The position numbers and the translations under genes are program-made. From Massalongia carnosa (taxonomy: Eukaryota), in contig OZ287070.1 in NCBI GenBank assembly GCA_965645245.1, positions 1,922,001-1,986,000 of the forward strand: a stretch of 64,000 nucleotides of DNA. Direction: 5' to 3'. The notes under the pieces were generated by a model. It saw only the letters and a program-made list of their open reading frames with translations, did not search any database and had not been told where the DNA came from. Positions 35,541-47,413 of the stretch are shown one piece after another. Within the stretch, counting starts at the first letter, position 1. Each line of letters starts with the position of its first letter.

Positions 35541-36884
35541 CTAATCCTTCCCCGTTATCATAATTCCGGATCTTCGGGGCACCCACTGAATTGTAACAAA
35601 TGTAATGCTTCCAGAAAGACTGACAACACGCTGCAGGCCATGATAAGGGTAAACTGGAGAAAATTGCCAGCACGATGCCTTTCTGGCTGTTTCAGCCTTC
35701 CAAGAAAGGTCCCAACGTTGGGGGTCATTTACTTCGTCTTCCCATCGTGGCCCGTCTCCCACGAGTGGAATACCAGTTATGCGGTTTCGGTAGACACGAG
35801 GCAATCTCGATATATCATCTATGTCTCTCCCACCCATAGAACAATGGCTACTCTCCTCAAAATAAACCATTCCAGGATTATGTCCATCGATTTCCAGGTC
35901 CCAAAATTGGACCGTTTTCCTTTGTCTGATACCATAGAACTCCAGATCATCGGGGAATAACCGATTAATGATCTTTGGTTTTGCATTCTCATCATGTGGC
36001 GGGCCTGTGCGTCCGGTAGCACGGTGCCGAATATCCCAGATTGTAAGGGATTCGAGCGGTACGAGGTTTTGCGACATAGCTTTTTGCCACATATATACTA
36101 CGTAATATGTTGAGGTATGATCCGAGGAAAAGAAGTGTCGAGGATCGGTACGAAATCCATCTAGTTGTAAATTCCATGAACTGCGAAAAAGTATCATCCA
36201 TGGCGCAAGATGATTTATTGGGGGGAAAACATCGAAGGCAGACGCAAAGTATTTGTTGTTATTTTCAATCCCATCAGTCTCTTCGTATGTCCATTCAATA
36301 ATGAGAACCCAACACTTGAGTCTGATTCTTCTAACAACACACAGTTCCAAACTCATTGAGATGTTTGAGCTGATGTTGGTCTCGATATCGAGTAGGACAA
36401 ATCTTCGAGTAATCGGATCTGGATATACGAGCAAACCACAGTCTTATGTCTATATTGGTTGCTGGTGCTGAAATTGAAGATATTCTTTAGGTTTCTTCCC
36501 TAGTCTTCGAGCGAAAGGTTGTATCGGTTTTTGTTGCTCGTGGAAGGTCAGGACATTGGTAACGCTTCGCGGTTTTCTAGATGATAAGGATTGGTAGCGT
36601 GCTGCGACCCTATCAAATATATGCATCCATTTACCTCGTTCGTAAATGTCGCCGGTGTCCGGAAAGCACTTCAGCTCACCTAGAGCCTTCAAACTGCCAG
36701 TTTCTCGAGCCTGGGGGTATTTCCACAGTAGCGCTGCCCGCAAGAACACAAGATTCGTAAAAGCATAGTACCAGTGTACAGACACACCTCGGCATCGAAC
36801 AATATCAAGGGGCTCCAGGAACTGTTGGATAATGATAAGAAAGATACCTGCAGGGAGATCCGTAAAGATATCAAGCCAATTCAT
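35541..36884 (-). pseudogene. F-box domain protein, disrupted by in-frame stops
   Basis: F-box-like start MNWLDIFTDLPAGIFLIIIQQFLEPLDIVRCRGVSVHW. Two ORFs in the same frame are separated by TAG (36450-36452) and TAA (36444-36446) with no evident splice signals. 3' end uncertain. Confidence 0.65.
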
Positions 36885-37533
36885 CTTTACTGCACCTGGC
36901 CTTGGCTCTAATAGTAGAATATGCCTTGGATAACCTTTGTAAATGTGAGAAAAGTGTTGAACAAGGCAAACTTGCCATATTTTCATTTTGAAAATTTGCA
37001 GACGAAGGAAGGCACGATTCAGAACTTTGAATCCACCTTATTCATTGATGGTATCTGGTGAAGAAAAACCAAGCAGAAAATGGAATCCTTTGGCTCCGCT
37101 ATACTGCACATAAGCTGAGGGTCGTTTGCCCAACTACACATATGACTGTGCCATTCGCTATTCGGCTAGATACCTTCCCTCCCTAAAGAAGCAGGCGCAT
37201 AGTCGGCCAAGATACAGATGCGTAGGTGCGTTATACGAAGATATATACGGATGAAATATGAGGGACAATTCGAAGAGTGAACCGGTAAGATAAATGTGAT
37301 GTAGCCACTCGTATTAGGTCCTCCACTTGAAACTTGATGACGCCCTTTGCGATGGAAGCTACCATAAATATCTGCCATATAGAGGGTAAGCGCGATAGAA
37401 CGATGAAGAAGTGGGTTTAAATGTCTGAATCCGTAGCTACTTCATATTGACACTTAGGTTTTGGTCGAATGGGGCACGTACCAACAACTTCAGGGATCGC
37501 TCGTTCCCTTACCTTCACGAGGGAATATCCAGC

Positions 37534-39377
37534 TTAATTCTGCGTTGGCATCTCAACGCTAGCTTTAGTTGCTATCGCATCCTCGGTCATCCAGAAGCTA
37601 GTTACAGTCTTCGTTTGGGTATAGAAATTGAGCCCGCTCCTTCCATAAAATGTATTAGCGCCACCCCCGGCGACGCTCTTCTTGTTTCCCGTGAAGCTGA
37701 ACATAGGAAGTGGCACAGGGATCGGCACGTTGATACCCACTTGGCCTGCCTCGATGTCTTTCTGAAACCGGGCAGCTGTGCTACCACTACGGGTGAAGAT
37801 GGCTACGCCATTTCCATACTCATTGGCATTGATGAGTTCAATAGCGTCGTCGATGGTATCAACGTTCAAGCATACAAGGACGGGTCCAAAGATCTCTTCA
37901 GTATAGCATTTCATGTACGGCTTGACATTTGTAATTAGGGTTGGCCCAAGCTAATGTGTTTATAAGTCAGCTTTAGGTCAGGATGGTTAGATATGATGGC
38001 AGACTGACCCAGTTGCCGTTAGGATACTTCTCCGGTTTGTACCCACGTCCATCTAGTAGTATAGTTGCTCCCTCTTCTTCTGCGCTCGCGATAAGTTTTT
38101 CAATCCGTTCTTTGCTCTGAGGGCTTATTAGCGGGCCAAGATCTGCTCCTTTCTCGAAGCCGCCGTTGACGTTGAGTTTTTTGGCTCTCTCCGCAATCTC
38201 CGGAAGCCAGGTTTCCGTCTTGCCAATCATCACGAGAGTGCTAAGCGCCATGCAGCGTTGCCCGGCTGCACCATAGGCTGCACCAGCAATTGCATTCAGT
38301 GCATGGTTTTTATTGCAATCCGGTACAATGGCGGCATGATTCTTCGCCCCTAAGTTGGCCTGCACGCGCTTACCCTGAGCTGATCCACGGGTAAAGATAT
38401 ACTCACCTGCTTTGTTGCTGCCCACAAAGCTGATTGCTTTGATAGAGGGCTCGTCAATGATAAAGTCAACCGTCCTCGCAGATCCATGAACGATGTTGAT
38501 GACCCCATTTGGAAATCCAGCTTGGCGAGCAAGCTCAGCTAGAATCATTGCTGCCCCTGGGTCTCGCTCCGAGGGTTTTAAAATCAAAGTATTACCAGTC
38601 ATCGTGGCAGTTGGAATGGACCATAATGGAATCATAGCCGGGAAATCTATCCGCCGGTACTCAGCCGGTGATACAAAATCTTCAAAAGCGCGCCAGGAAA
38701 TACATACTAAAGGGACATATTGCTGCCACCACTCCTAGCGGCTCTTTATAGCTCCTTGTCTCCATATCTTTTGCTACCTCAAGCACCTCCCCCGTTAATT
38801 GAGTTGTAATGCCGCAAGCAGTTTCAGCGACCTGTAGCCCCCTCAGCACGTCACCTCTTGCATCGGCGAGTGTCTTCCCTTGCTCCAAAGTAATGGTTGA
38901 TGCCAGCCTGTCCCAGTGCTCTCTTATCAGCGCAACGAATCTGAACATAATCTGCTGTCTGTGCAATAAGCTTGTAGCCCGCCACGCGGGAAAGGCATTC
39001 TTTGCGCTTTCAATAGCAGCCCGAAGCTCCTCATCGGTACTTTGAGGAACGCGGGTAACAAGATTGTTTGTCGCTGGATCATAAAGATCGATCCACAAAG
39101 AAGCTTTGGACGGCACAAACTGGTTATCCAGAAAATTGTGCGTGTTGCTAGGGTTTTTAATTGGAGTATGATCCCTCGTATAATCTTCTGGAGATGTTAC
39201 TTTGACAGTTGTGGTGGTATCCAGAAGATGCTGGGTTGTAGCATGAAGTCTTCTGGAAGCTATGCAATTTGACTTGGTGGACAAAGGCATTGTCCTTCTA
39301 GATATCAGGGGAGAGATCAATGTTCGAGCTTTAGTTACCTGTAACGCTTCCGCTAAAATTCGCTTTGTAGTCATCAT
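37534..39377 (-). CDS. Methylmalonate-semialdehyde dehydrogenase (acylating), mitochondrial, two introns
   Basis: ALDH motifs LKPSERDPGA, ISFVGS, ANLGAKNH, GAAGQRCMA, EEIFGPV, GQVGINVPIPVPLPMFSFTG (ALDH6-type). Confidence 0.95.
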
Positions 39378-39834
39378 GAACGTTTGGATGATTCTAAAGC
39401 CACAAGTAGTTCGCCAACATTGTTGATACGGAATATGTATGAGTTCTGAGTGATGAAGGGCCGGCTACCATCGGCTCAACTTCTCTTCTCCTCACCTTGC
39501 CGTCCTTTCCGCACTTTCTTGGAAGGGATAAGACCTTATCCATGATAACTACTATTGGGCCTCTGAAAGAGACTGTACCAACACATGGCGACACGAAGAT
39601 AGCTAATGTTGTCAAAAAAAGGCTGCCAGGAATAAAAATTCAACATCTAGCAGGAAGAAATTTTTATTCGCTCGAGTACTTTACATATTTGCAGCACCAG
39701 TCTCCCCCCCCCCAAAGCTGGAAATACAGCATATGAGACTCGGACCTGCAGAAGTATACTCTCCTGAACTCCCGCAAAGCTCACACGGTTTTGAAAGATT
39801 TCCCCCACCTCCCAACCACAGTACTCCCTCCCCT

Positions 39835-41806
39835 TCACTCGGCAGGCCCCGATGATCTGGTAGTCCGTTTGTTTATATCAGCTTGAACCTTGTCAGCGCC
39901 TGATGCCGCAGTATCGATAGCTTGATCCTTCAAGTCCACTGCTGCTTGTTTGATGTTTTCCGCCGCCTTTCTAACTTGAGGGGGAGGACTAGCTCCTTTC
40001 AACCCGAAAGCCCCAACGATCAAAGCAATAATGGTAACGGCAAGGAGGCTAGCTCCAGCAACTTCAGGTACGAATTTGATGGCTTGAACAGGATTATCCT
40101 TAGCGATGGCGAGGAATAGATTGATTTTCTCACGGACGTAAAGAACCGGATCATCGAAGAATTTAAGATCCATGGGGGACTTGGGCGACTCGGAGGGCTT
40201 AGGTTTTGAAGCTGCATCTTCAGCATCTTCGACTGGGCGTTTGATATCAAAGGTTTCGGCCTTCAGCTTCTCTGCGTCTGCAATGGAGTGACCAATGTAG
40301 ATATTGTCGAATAGGATGTCGTTTTGCATTGTCCAGATTTCAAAGCCAATCTAAACAGCTTTTTAATAGCAGTTCAACTACATTGCATGAAAATCAACTT
40401 ACAGCTCCCATGGGTTCAAAATTAGCTGGAGTCTTATCCTCAAAGTAATCTGGGTTGGCAATTTTCTTTGGTTTCCAGACACCCTTGTACGCAGGATTGT
40501 CGATGTACTCTGCGCTCCATTTGCCTTTATAGGCTGGGTTTTTCTTGGTTGGTTGCTCCCATTTTCCGCAACCAGAAGCCTCCTCACATTTAGGATTGGG
40601 TACAGTGGGTGGAATCCAGTCACCATCTTCTTCATCATCCCAATCTTCTGGCTTTTCGGCTTCTGGATCTGGAATCACAGTAGGTTCATCCTCAAGCCAG
40701 TCATCAGGCTTGGTAGCATCCTCATCAATAATTTCATACGGAGCGTCCTCATCCCAGTCTTCAGGCTTCGTAGCTTCCGGGTCTGGAATCCGAGCTTCGT
40801 CGACCCAATCTTCAGGTTTCAGATCTTTAGGGTCATCAATCTCCTTCTCGGGATTAACCGCGGGTGCAAAGTCTTCAAGGAGACTTCCCTTCTTAACTTC
40901 GTCACCGTCGACCTTAATCATAAAGGTCTGGTCTGGGTTGACGATTAGTGTGTAGATAGAGGTGGCCTTGGTAATGCGAGCCACCGGTGCACTCTTCAAG
41001 TGCTTCTCTTCGTATTCGCCAGTCTTAGGGTTTTTGTGTTTGAAGATAAAATGAACCTGAATCCTTTAGTCAGCAGGTTTGGTGGTATATGACGGAATCT
41101 CCTCACCTTGTTGGTAGCACCACATTTGTCGGGACCGAACATTATGACATAGGGAGAGGCGTTAGAAAACTCTTCTGCGTGTAGCTTTTTGTTATCTTGG
41201 AGGAGTTTCAGATATGCCCCACCGCATTCCAGCCCATCTGTAGACACACATTAGCTTTGAAGGGAAATATCAATACCAGCCTAGCAACTCACTTTGGAGC
41301 TTGACCTCATACTGGACGACGAGTGTTTTCCCTTTGTTGTCAATTGTCTTATCAAACTTTGCGGATATAGCATGGTGAGCCGCCGGATTCTTCACAACAA
41401 GACCCTTGTCTCCTTCAATGCCTTTGAGAATATGGGGCTCCTCCACTGCCCAGGTGCCAACATATGCCCACTCCTCGTCGGTCTTGGAATCTTCCTTTTT
41501 TGCGTGCGAAGGAGCCCACCGAGAATCCCAATCATCTGTGAATTGTTCGAAGAAAGGTGCTTTAATATTGGAGGGCTTGAATTGATGGTTAGCGATAGTA
41601 GGCGTTATCAGTAAAATGGGCGAGTGCAAATAGAGATCTTAATTCCTTACCGTAAATGTTGGCCTCTCAACGATTGATGACGTTGTTGACCCTCCTACCG
41701 AAGTCGAAGAGCTTTCTAGGGCATCATCGACGAGATCTGCATAGACTTGACCCAAGAGAACAGCAGTGGAATAAAGGGCGGACACAACCGCTGGATTGAG
41801 CCGCAT
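39835..41806 (-). CDS. CNE1: Calnexin, multi-exon
   Basis: Signal peptide [46 protein letters not shown]-domain repeats KPEDWD and C-terminal TM segment. Confidence 0.96.
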
Positions 41807-42207
41807 ATTTCGGAGACGTTGTTAAAAGATGTGATGATTCAGGCAAATCAAGCTGAATGACAACTATTAGGATTTTTTCGTTTTGGGAGAAAGATAGAAG
41901 AAATTGAGTCGCTTGGCCCAAGCAGATAGATATGCTGCAGAAGAGGCCACGATTCGTCTCTTAAGTTCCACAAATTTCGCTTCTTTTCCAATGCTAGTTA
42001 GACCGCTAAGTTTAACCGCGTAGAAGTACAATTAGTTAGCTGACTGGGAAGTCAGATGACAAACATATGCAAGTTTGTATACAGAGTACTCTAGGTAAAA
42101 GGATTTGGAAGGTATAGTCGATACGATAAAATGGTAGTTAAACTTACATTGTTTTCTTTTCGGCCCGGTGTCTTGTTATTTTACGCTGTCTAAACTCCAC
42201 ATCTATC

Positions 42208-43096
42208 ATGGAGAACTTGCAGAACTCCGCACCAGAGAGCGATGACAAGCTCATTACATCAAATGATCCTCAACATCCTGCAAATCTAATCTGTACGTTG
42301 TGCCGCAGTTTTTACACTCTTGGATGGGTTACTGGCACAGGAGGTGGTACCTCCATTGTCCATGGACCTCATATATTCATCGCCCCTTCTGGTGTGCAGA
42401 AAGAGTTAATGCAGCCGTCAAATATGTTCGTCCTTGATAGATCCACCCGCAAGTACCTTCGCAAACCTCCTATCCTGAAGCCATCTGCTTGCACGCCGTT
42501 GTTCCTGGCTGCTTTCGACAGAGGAGCTGGCTGCTGCATCCACACTCATAGCCAGTGGGCGGTGCTAATAACTCTGTTGGTCGAAAGAGATGCCATTGAG
42601 AGCAAGGAGAAGGTTGAGGATAGATGCTTCGAGATAGAGAAGATTGAGCAGATCAAAGGAATCCCAAGAGGGAGAAGAAAAGCCGGGATGTTGGGTTTCT
42701 TCGATAGATTGAGGGTGCCAATCATTGAAAATACCGCACAGTATGTTCCGTGGTGTTGGTGAGAGTAGAATATTCCGGCTAAATACTTGATTAGCGAGGA
42801 GGATTTGACACACAGTCTAGAGATAGCAATGGATAGATATCCGGACACATATGCAGTCCTTGTCAGGAGACACGGCGTGTATGAGTCTTTGAAATCTGCT
42901 ATGAGCATGACGCTGATTGCGCTTCAATAGATACGTATGGGGCGATGACGTTCACAAGGCCAAGACGCAAGCAGAGAGGTAAGAATATGGACCCATTGTA
43001 CTGCAGTCTTGACTGATGCTCCGAAGCTTGGACTACATTTTTCGCTTGGCAGTAGAGATGAGAAACCTGGGGCTTCCATGGGTGGTTTCATCCTGA
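42208..43096 (+). CDS. MDE1: Methylthioribulose-1-phosphate dehydratase (methionine salvage), three introns
   Basis: [51 protein letters not shown]. Confidence 0.94.
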
Positions 43097-43437
43097 TGAT
43101 GATTTGATCATAATAGCTGGCGTTCCCGTTAAAGGAATTGAATCGAAGCTGAAGTATGGATCATCACGTTCAATATGCCACCATACAATCAGTAATAAAA
43201 GAATATGCCAAGAACCTCCCAACTTTGAAATGCTGATCTATATAGCTTCTGAAAGTAAAGGGGCTATTTGACAGCGTGACAAAGATTTTTAACTCAGGTG
43301 AGCTTCAGCACTTTCGAAATGAGACGTTTGCGACCTGTCTTGCCTCGGAGTTTGTTAATTACTTTACTGCATGCGGAAGAAATGACGATGTCTGACCTAT
43401 TTACACGTTGAAATGAAATCGTTCAAAATGTGAGATA

Positions 43438-43494
43438 ATCGTGCCACACCACCAGTAATCGTTAGTAAGCGAAAACGATTACTGGTTATGGGGC
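43438..43494. repeat. Collapsed TIR pair (left end joined directly to inverted right end) of the same family as 17808
   Basis: TA|ATCGTGCCACACCACCAGTAATCGT followed by TAGTAAGCGAAAACGATTACTGGT, the reverse complement of 17821-17844. Confidence 0.65.
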
Positions 43495-43503
43495 TTGCCT
43501 TGG

Positions 43504-43733
43504 CACGCAGGTGACAAAATTAAATTTACACCAAAATTTCCCCCCCACCAAAATCATTGTGATTTAATGCCTAAAAGTTTGCAAGCAGTGATTGATGATG
43601 AAGACAGAATGGCAGATTATTGATTTAATTATTAAAGTTCAAAAAAGCATGAAATTAACTAAAAAAACGCTACTGTTTATGATCGAAAATCCGGTGATAG
43701 GTTCGGTGTAAATTTAATTTTGTCACTCGCGTG
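43504..43733 (+). mobile_element. MITE M3 (230 bp), CACG...CGTG termini, deletion derivative of a Tc1-like element
   Basis: 29-bp TIR CACGC(AG/GA)GTGACAAAATTAAATTTACACC; direct repeat CTTGG at 43499-43503 and 43734-43738; 43561-43623 translates DLMPKSLQAVIDDEDRMADY*, resembling a Tc1 transposase C-terminus. Confidence 0.88.
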
Positions 43734-44027
43734 CTTGGCTCTATGAGCCGGCTAAGCCCCTCCGGGTAAGCCTATTTCGCTAAGCCCCTTCGGGTTAGCG
43801 TCGCTGCTGACTAACATCAGTTCGATAGCTGATGAGCGCAAAACTCAAAATTACGGCTAGATCCGCGTAATAAAATTTTAGCAGTGCAACTTTTCCTTTT
43901 ATGGATTTAATACAATGAATAGGGTCGTATTAGTTTACCATAGACTGTAATTTATACCAAAAACGCACCTCTCAAGATGGATGACTCGATAATCATGTGT
44001 TATAACCACTGTCAGGCTATAAAAAGC

Positions 44028-46215
44028 CTAGTCATGTAAATCCGCGCCGCGCGGCTTTACAGAGTCAGAGGTAGCGGACGGGGCACTTTCTTTCTTGTCT
44101 AGATCGTGTCGGAGAAGGGCCATAGGTACATTCAGTGACAACGCTTCCATAGGATCTCGAGGCGCTTTTTTGGTCTTTGATGCCTTCATCGATGATTTAA
44201 GAGCATCAACATTGTCAGAGATATTGTGATCAGGCGCAGGATTCTCGCCCGATGGCTCCGTGCTCTCGCTTTCCTTCGAGACTTTCTTCTTGACCGCATT
44301 TTGCTTTTTAAAAACCTTTCTCGACATATATCCTTGTTTGATCATCCAGATTTTCCTCCGTTCCTCTAATTCAATACTGGCGGAGTTGCATGTTAGCCTG
44401 TGTAATCGTTTTCGCTTTATGTCGTTGTGTCGTTTCCATTCCTCGAACATGTCTCCCTCGTCTAATCTCATCGCTTGACCCCGCTTTAAAATTTCTAAAA
44501 GATCGGTGCCGTAGGGCAGCCCATGTGTTACCAATCCATCGCCGCATGGTGGGCTCGTCCACAATCTGATCCGCCCAAGTGGTCAAAGAATTCAGTACCT
44601 CATCGGGCATTATCAATGATGGGAAGTATCGCATATGTGAATTTGGGAACTTTTCCTGCGCCTTGGCCTCCCTCCATTCTCGAAGTTTAAGGGTGAACCA
44701 AGGCCGCCTAGATGAGTCACGCTTGGCCGTTCTATTTAACATCTCATTGGCGGCTGTTGATGTCTGAAAACTTGGATCGCAAATTGAACAGCAAGGTTGC
44801 GGCTTAACATAGGCCGACGTTGGATACACTTTATCATTGAAGAAATTCAAGCCAATACCTCGAACGCATCCATCTGAAGGCACATTGATTATCTCCCAAA
44901 GACCCGGTGGCATATCTCGTCGCCGATCAGCATCCTTTTGATTGATGCAGCGTTTACTGGCCTTGGATTCAATCTCGATTCCCGCGTCATCAGATCCGTC
45001 CTGTTCGTCCATTTTTGATCCGCTTCTTGGACCTATGCACCAAGAAGGATGCAAAAGAGTAAAATGCGCTTGTCCTCGACCGCAACGCAAAGCACGACCT
45101 AAACGTTGATATAACTTCGCCATTGACGAGGGTAGCAACCATTGCGTAACTCTCATAACGTCTGCATTATCAATACCAAGCCCGTATGCATCCGTTGCGA
45201 TCAGGATTCGAGGAAATTTACATTGATCCGAGGGCATTTCGAAGCGAGCCGCAATCCTTTCTTTGTCTTGGGTGGCCATGTCGGAAAAGAGAGGCGCGAT
45301 CCAACTAGCGGCCTCAATTGGATAGGACAATTGATTCATCCATACTTTCATTAGCGCACACGCCTTTTTGATAGATGAAATTGAATTCATGAAGATAATC
45401 GTTTTCGGAATATCAAAAGGACTCTCAGCCCGTGTTGGTAAAAGATGTTGAAGATCGATCATGCTGTTCATAGGCCTCTGTAAACTGCTTATCTGTATGT
45501 ATATCTCTGGACGATCAAGCGCTGTTTGAATAACAGTACTTTCGTTATCAAAGTCACAGCGATCTTTAACGCTCTTTAGGGTTTTTGGATCCAGCGTTGC
45601 AGACGCACCCAGAAAAGGAATACCGTCTGGTAATCGTGTACGAAGCACACCGAGCTTGAAGTATTTGGGCCGGAAATCTCGCCATTCGGATACAAGATGC
45701 ATCTCATCAAGAGCTAAAAGACATAAATTCAAGAAGAAACTTGGATGCCTCAGAACCTCCTGATTAAACAGCTTTGACGTCGCTATCTCTGGGCTAGTAA
45801 AAACTATTCATATTAACGAGTAAGTTTTTATATTTATCTCAATCATAATTTGAATACACACTATGCGTATAATTGTTTTCACGAATTAACTTTAATTAGA
45901 AGAATTATTGCTATCACCGTCCAACACGAAAGGCTTGCATCCCTCGGTAACGCTCAATTTCTTGCACTGTTGAGCTTCTAAGGTCTTGAGAGGTATGATA
46001 ATTAAAGCGATCTTAAGACAAGAGAACATTAACGGCATAGCTTGAAAGATAATACTCTTTCCAAATTCAGTCTTGGCGATAAATATCAGATCCTTTTGAT
46101 CGTGTGCCAAAGTCATAATAGCGTCAACTTGCTCATTCTTTGGCGAAAAGCCGAATTTACTTAAAATCACGGTCGTCACCTGCTCGCGAGTTATCGACGC
46201 TATAGGATCGTCCAT
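44028..46215 (-). pseudogene. RecQ-like SF2 helicase, frameshifted near 45893 and 44520; intron about 45804-45861
   Basis: AKTEFGKS (altered Walker A), HIFTSPE, LDEMH, FRPKY, GASATL, IATDAYGLGID, QRLGRALR; Zn-binding C...CCSIC; HRDC-like LREWR...IMPDEVL. Confidence 0.85.
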
Positions 46216-47347
46216 TTAGATGTGTTTGCGAGCGATATTTGACGATTCGCGAGTTGGATTCTTAGCCCGTAAAACGCACATCAAGCAGGTTCATCACATT
46301 CAACGATTTTTAGGCCCCGTTCGGTAATCTCCTTATTGTCAATAAGGAGCCTCCTCCTTGAAAAGATGGAACCTCTTTATAATGAAAAAGGCCTTCCGTT
46401 CGGTTCGGCCTCCTCCTTATTTTTTAAGGAGTCTCCTTCGCGGCAAGTTCTATAATTGGTATATTGCAAAGTGTCTGCAGGGATTGTTGCAGGGGGCCAA
46501 AAGAAGGTGGTCGCGAGGTCCTTTTTTTAGAGGAGGGTTCTATTTGCCTCCGTATTCGACGATTGTATGTCTTTTAAATATGGAACACTACTTGTAGCGA
46601 CGATCGCAAACAGCGACGGTTATCAATTTAATCTTGATGAGAATTGTTCCCAATCTAATTCTGACTACTCAGCATGAGTCGAATAGAGGCAAAGAATATA
46701 CAACGAGTTTACTTACTTGTCAATAGCTTCTTATTGTAACCGCGAATAAGACGCTATAAACGCACGGACACTAGCTTATTCAGGGGTGCAAAAAGGAGCA
46801 GTCTTAATGTTACCGAACAGACCCTTAGGCTTTCGAAAACAACGCTCGGAGGATCAGATTAGTGATCAGAAGCGCCGACAATGAAAAACTGGAGCTAGTG
46901 ACCCGTTGAGTCTGCTGTGGTGGTGTCGAAATTTCGAGTCAAAGTCGAGTCCTCGTCGCGAGATCGATATTGCGACTCAATTCTGCATCGATATGTAATT
47001 AAAATATTGATTAATCGATAGAATGTATATCAAAGCATCATTTCTATTACTAAATAATTTATGAAATGTCGTTGCGCGTTGTTGATTCCGCCGTCAACTT
47101 GATTCTTGATGATTTTTGAGGTTAAGCAAAAAATTTGTATGAGCGCGCACCAAAATAAGCCGGATCTGACAAAAATACAGAGTTTTGCGCTTAGACGTAG
47201 CATGCGTAGTCAGCTAAATGGCCGCTAACCCGGAGGGGCTTAGCTAGCTCATAGAGCCACGCATGAATTACTATAACTACGGGCACAGACCCACTAGTTA
47301 GTTACAGTAGCGCGGTTTCCTTTGCGCGTTGGCTACTGTACTCCGTA

Positions 47348-47353
47348 ACGCGT
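47348..47353. promoter_or_regulatory. Possible MCB (ACGCGT) element upstream of MPH1
   Basis: ACGCGT about 60 bp before the ATG, with further CGCG cores at 47311 and 47325; plausible for a DNA-repair gene but short enough to occur by chance. Confidence 0.35.
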
Positions 47354-47413
47354 CACAGTGTCAATTCTCCCTTTAATTCCCATCACCTAACTTTTTATCT
47401 TGATGGCAAAGAT

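Larger units (their letters stand above)
43501..47259 (-). mobile_element. TIR-bounded element carrying a RecQ-like helicase (AcademH-like, non-autonomous or decayed)
   Basis: TIR TGGCTCTATGAGC(CG/TA)GCTAAGCCCCTCCGGGT at 43736 onward (original end at 43501, split by M3) and its inverse ending 47259 (TG...CA termini). No clean TSD and no transposase ORF seen. Confidence 0.72.

Noticed and set aside
43504..43733. MITEs as Transib/RSS-like elements because of CAC ends and 5-bp duplication
   Set aside because: The internal peptide remnant and TIR layout resemble Tc1, and no Transib/RAG1-like transposase is present; kept only as an alternative to test.
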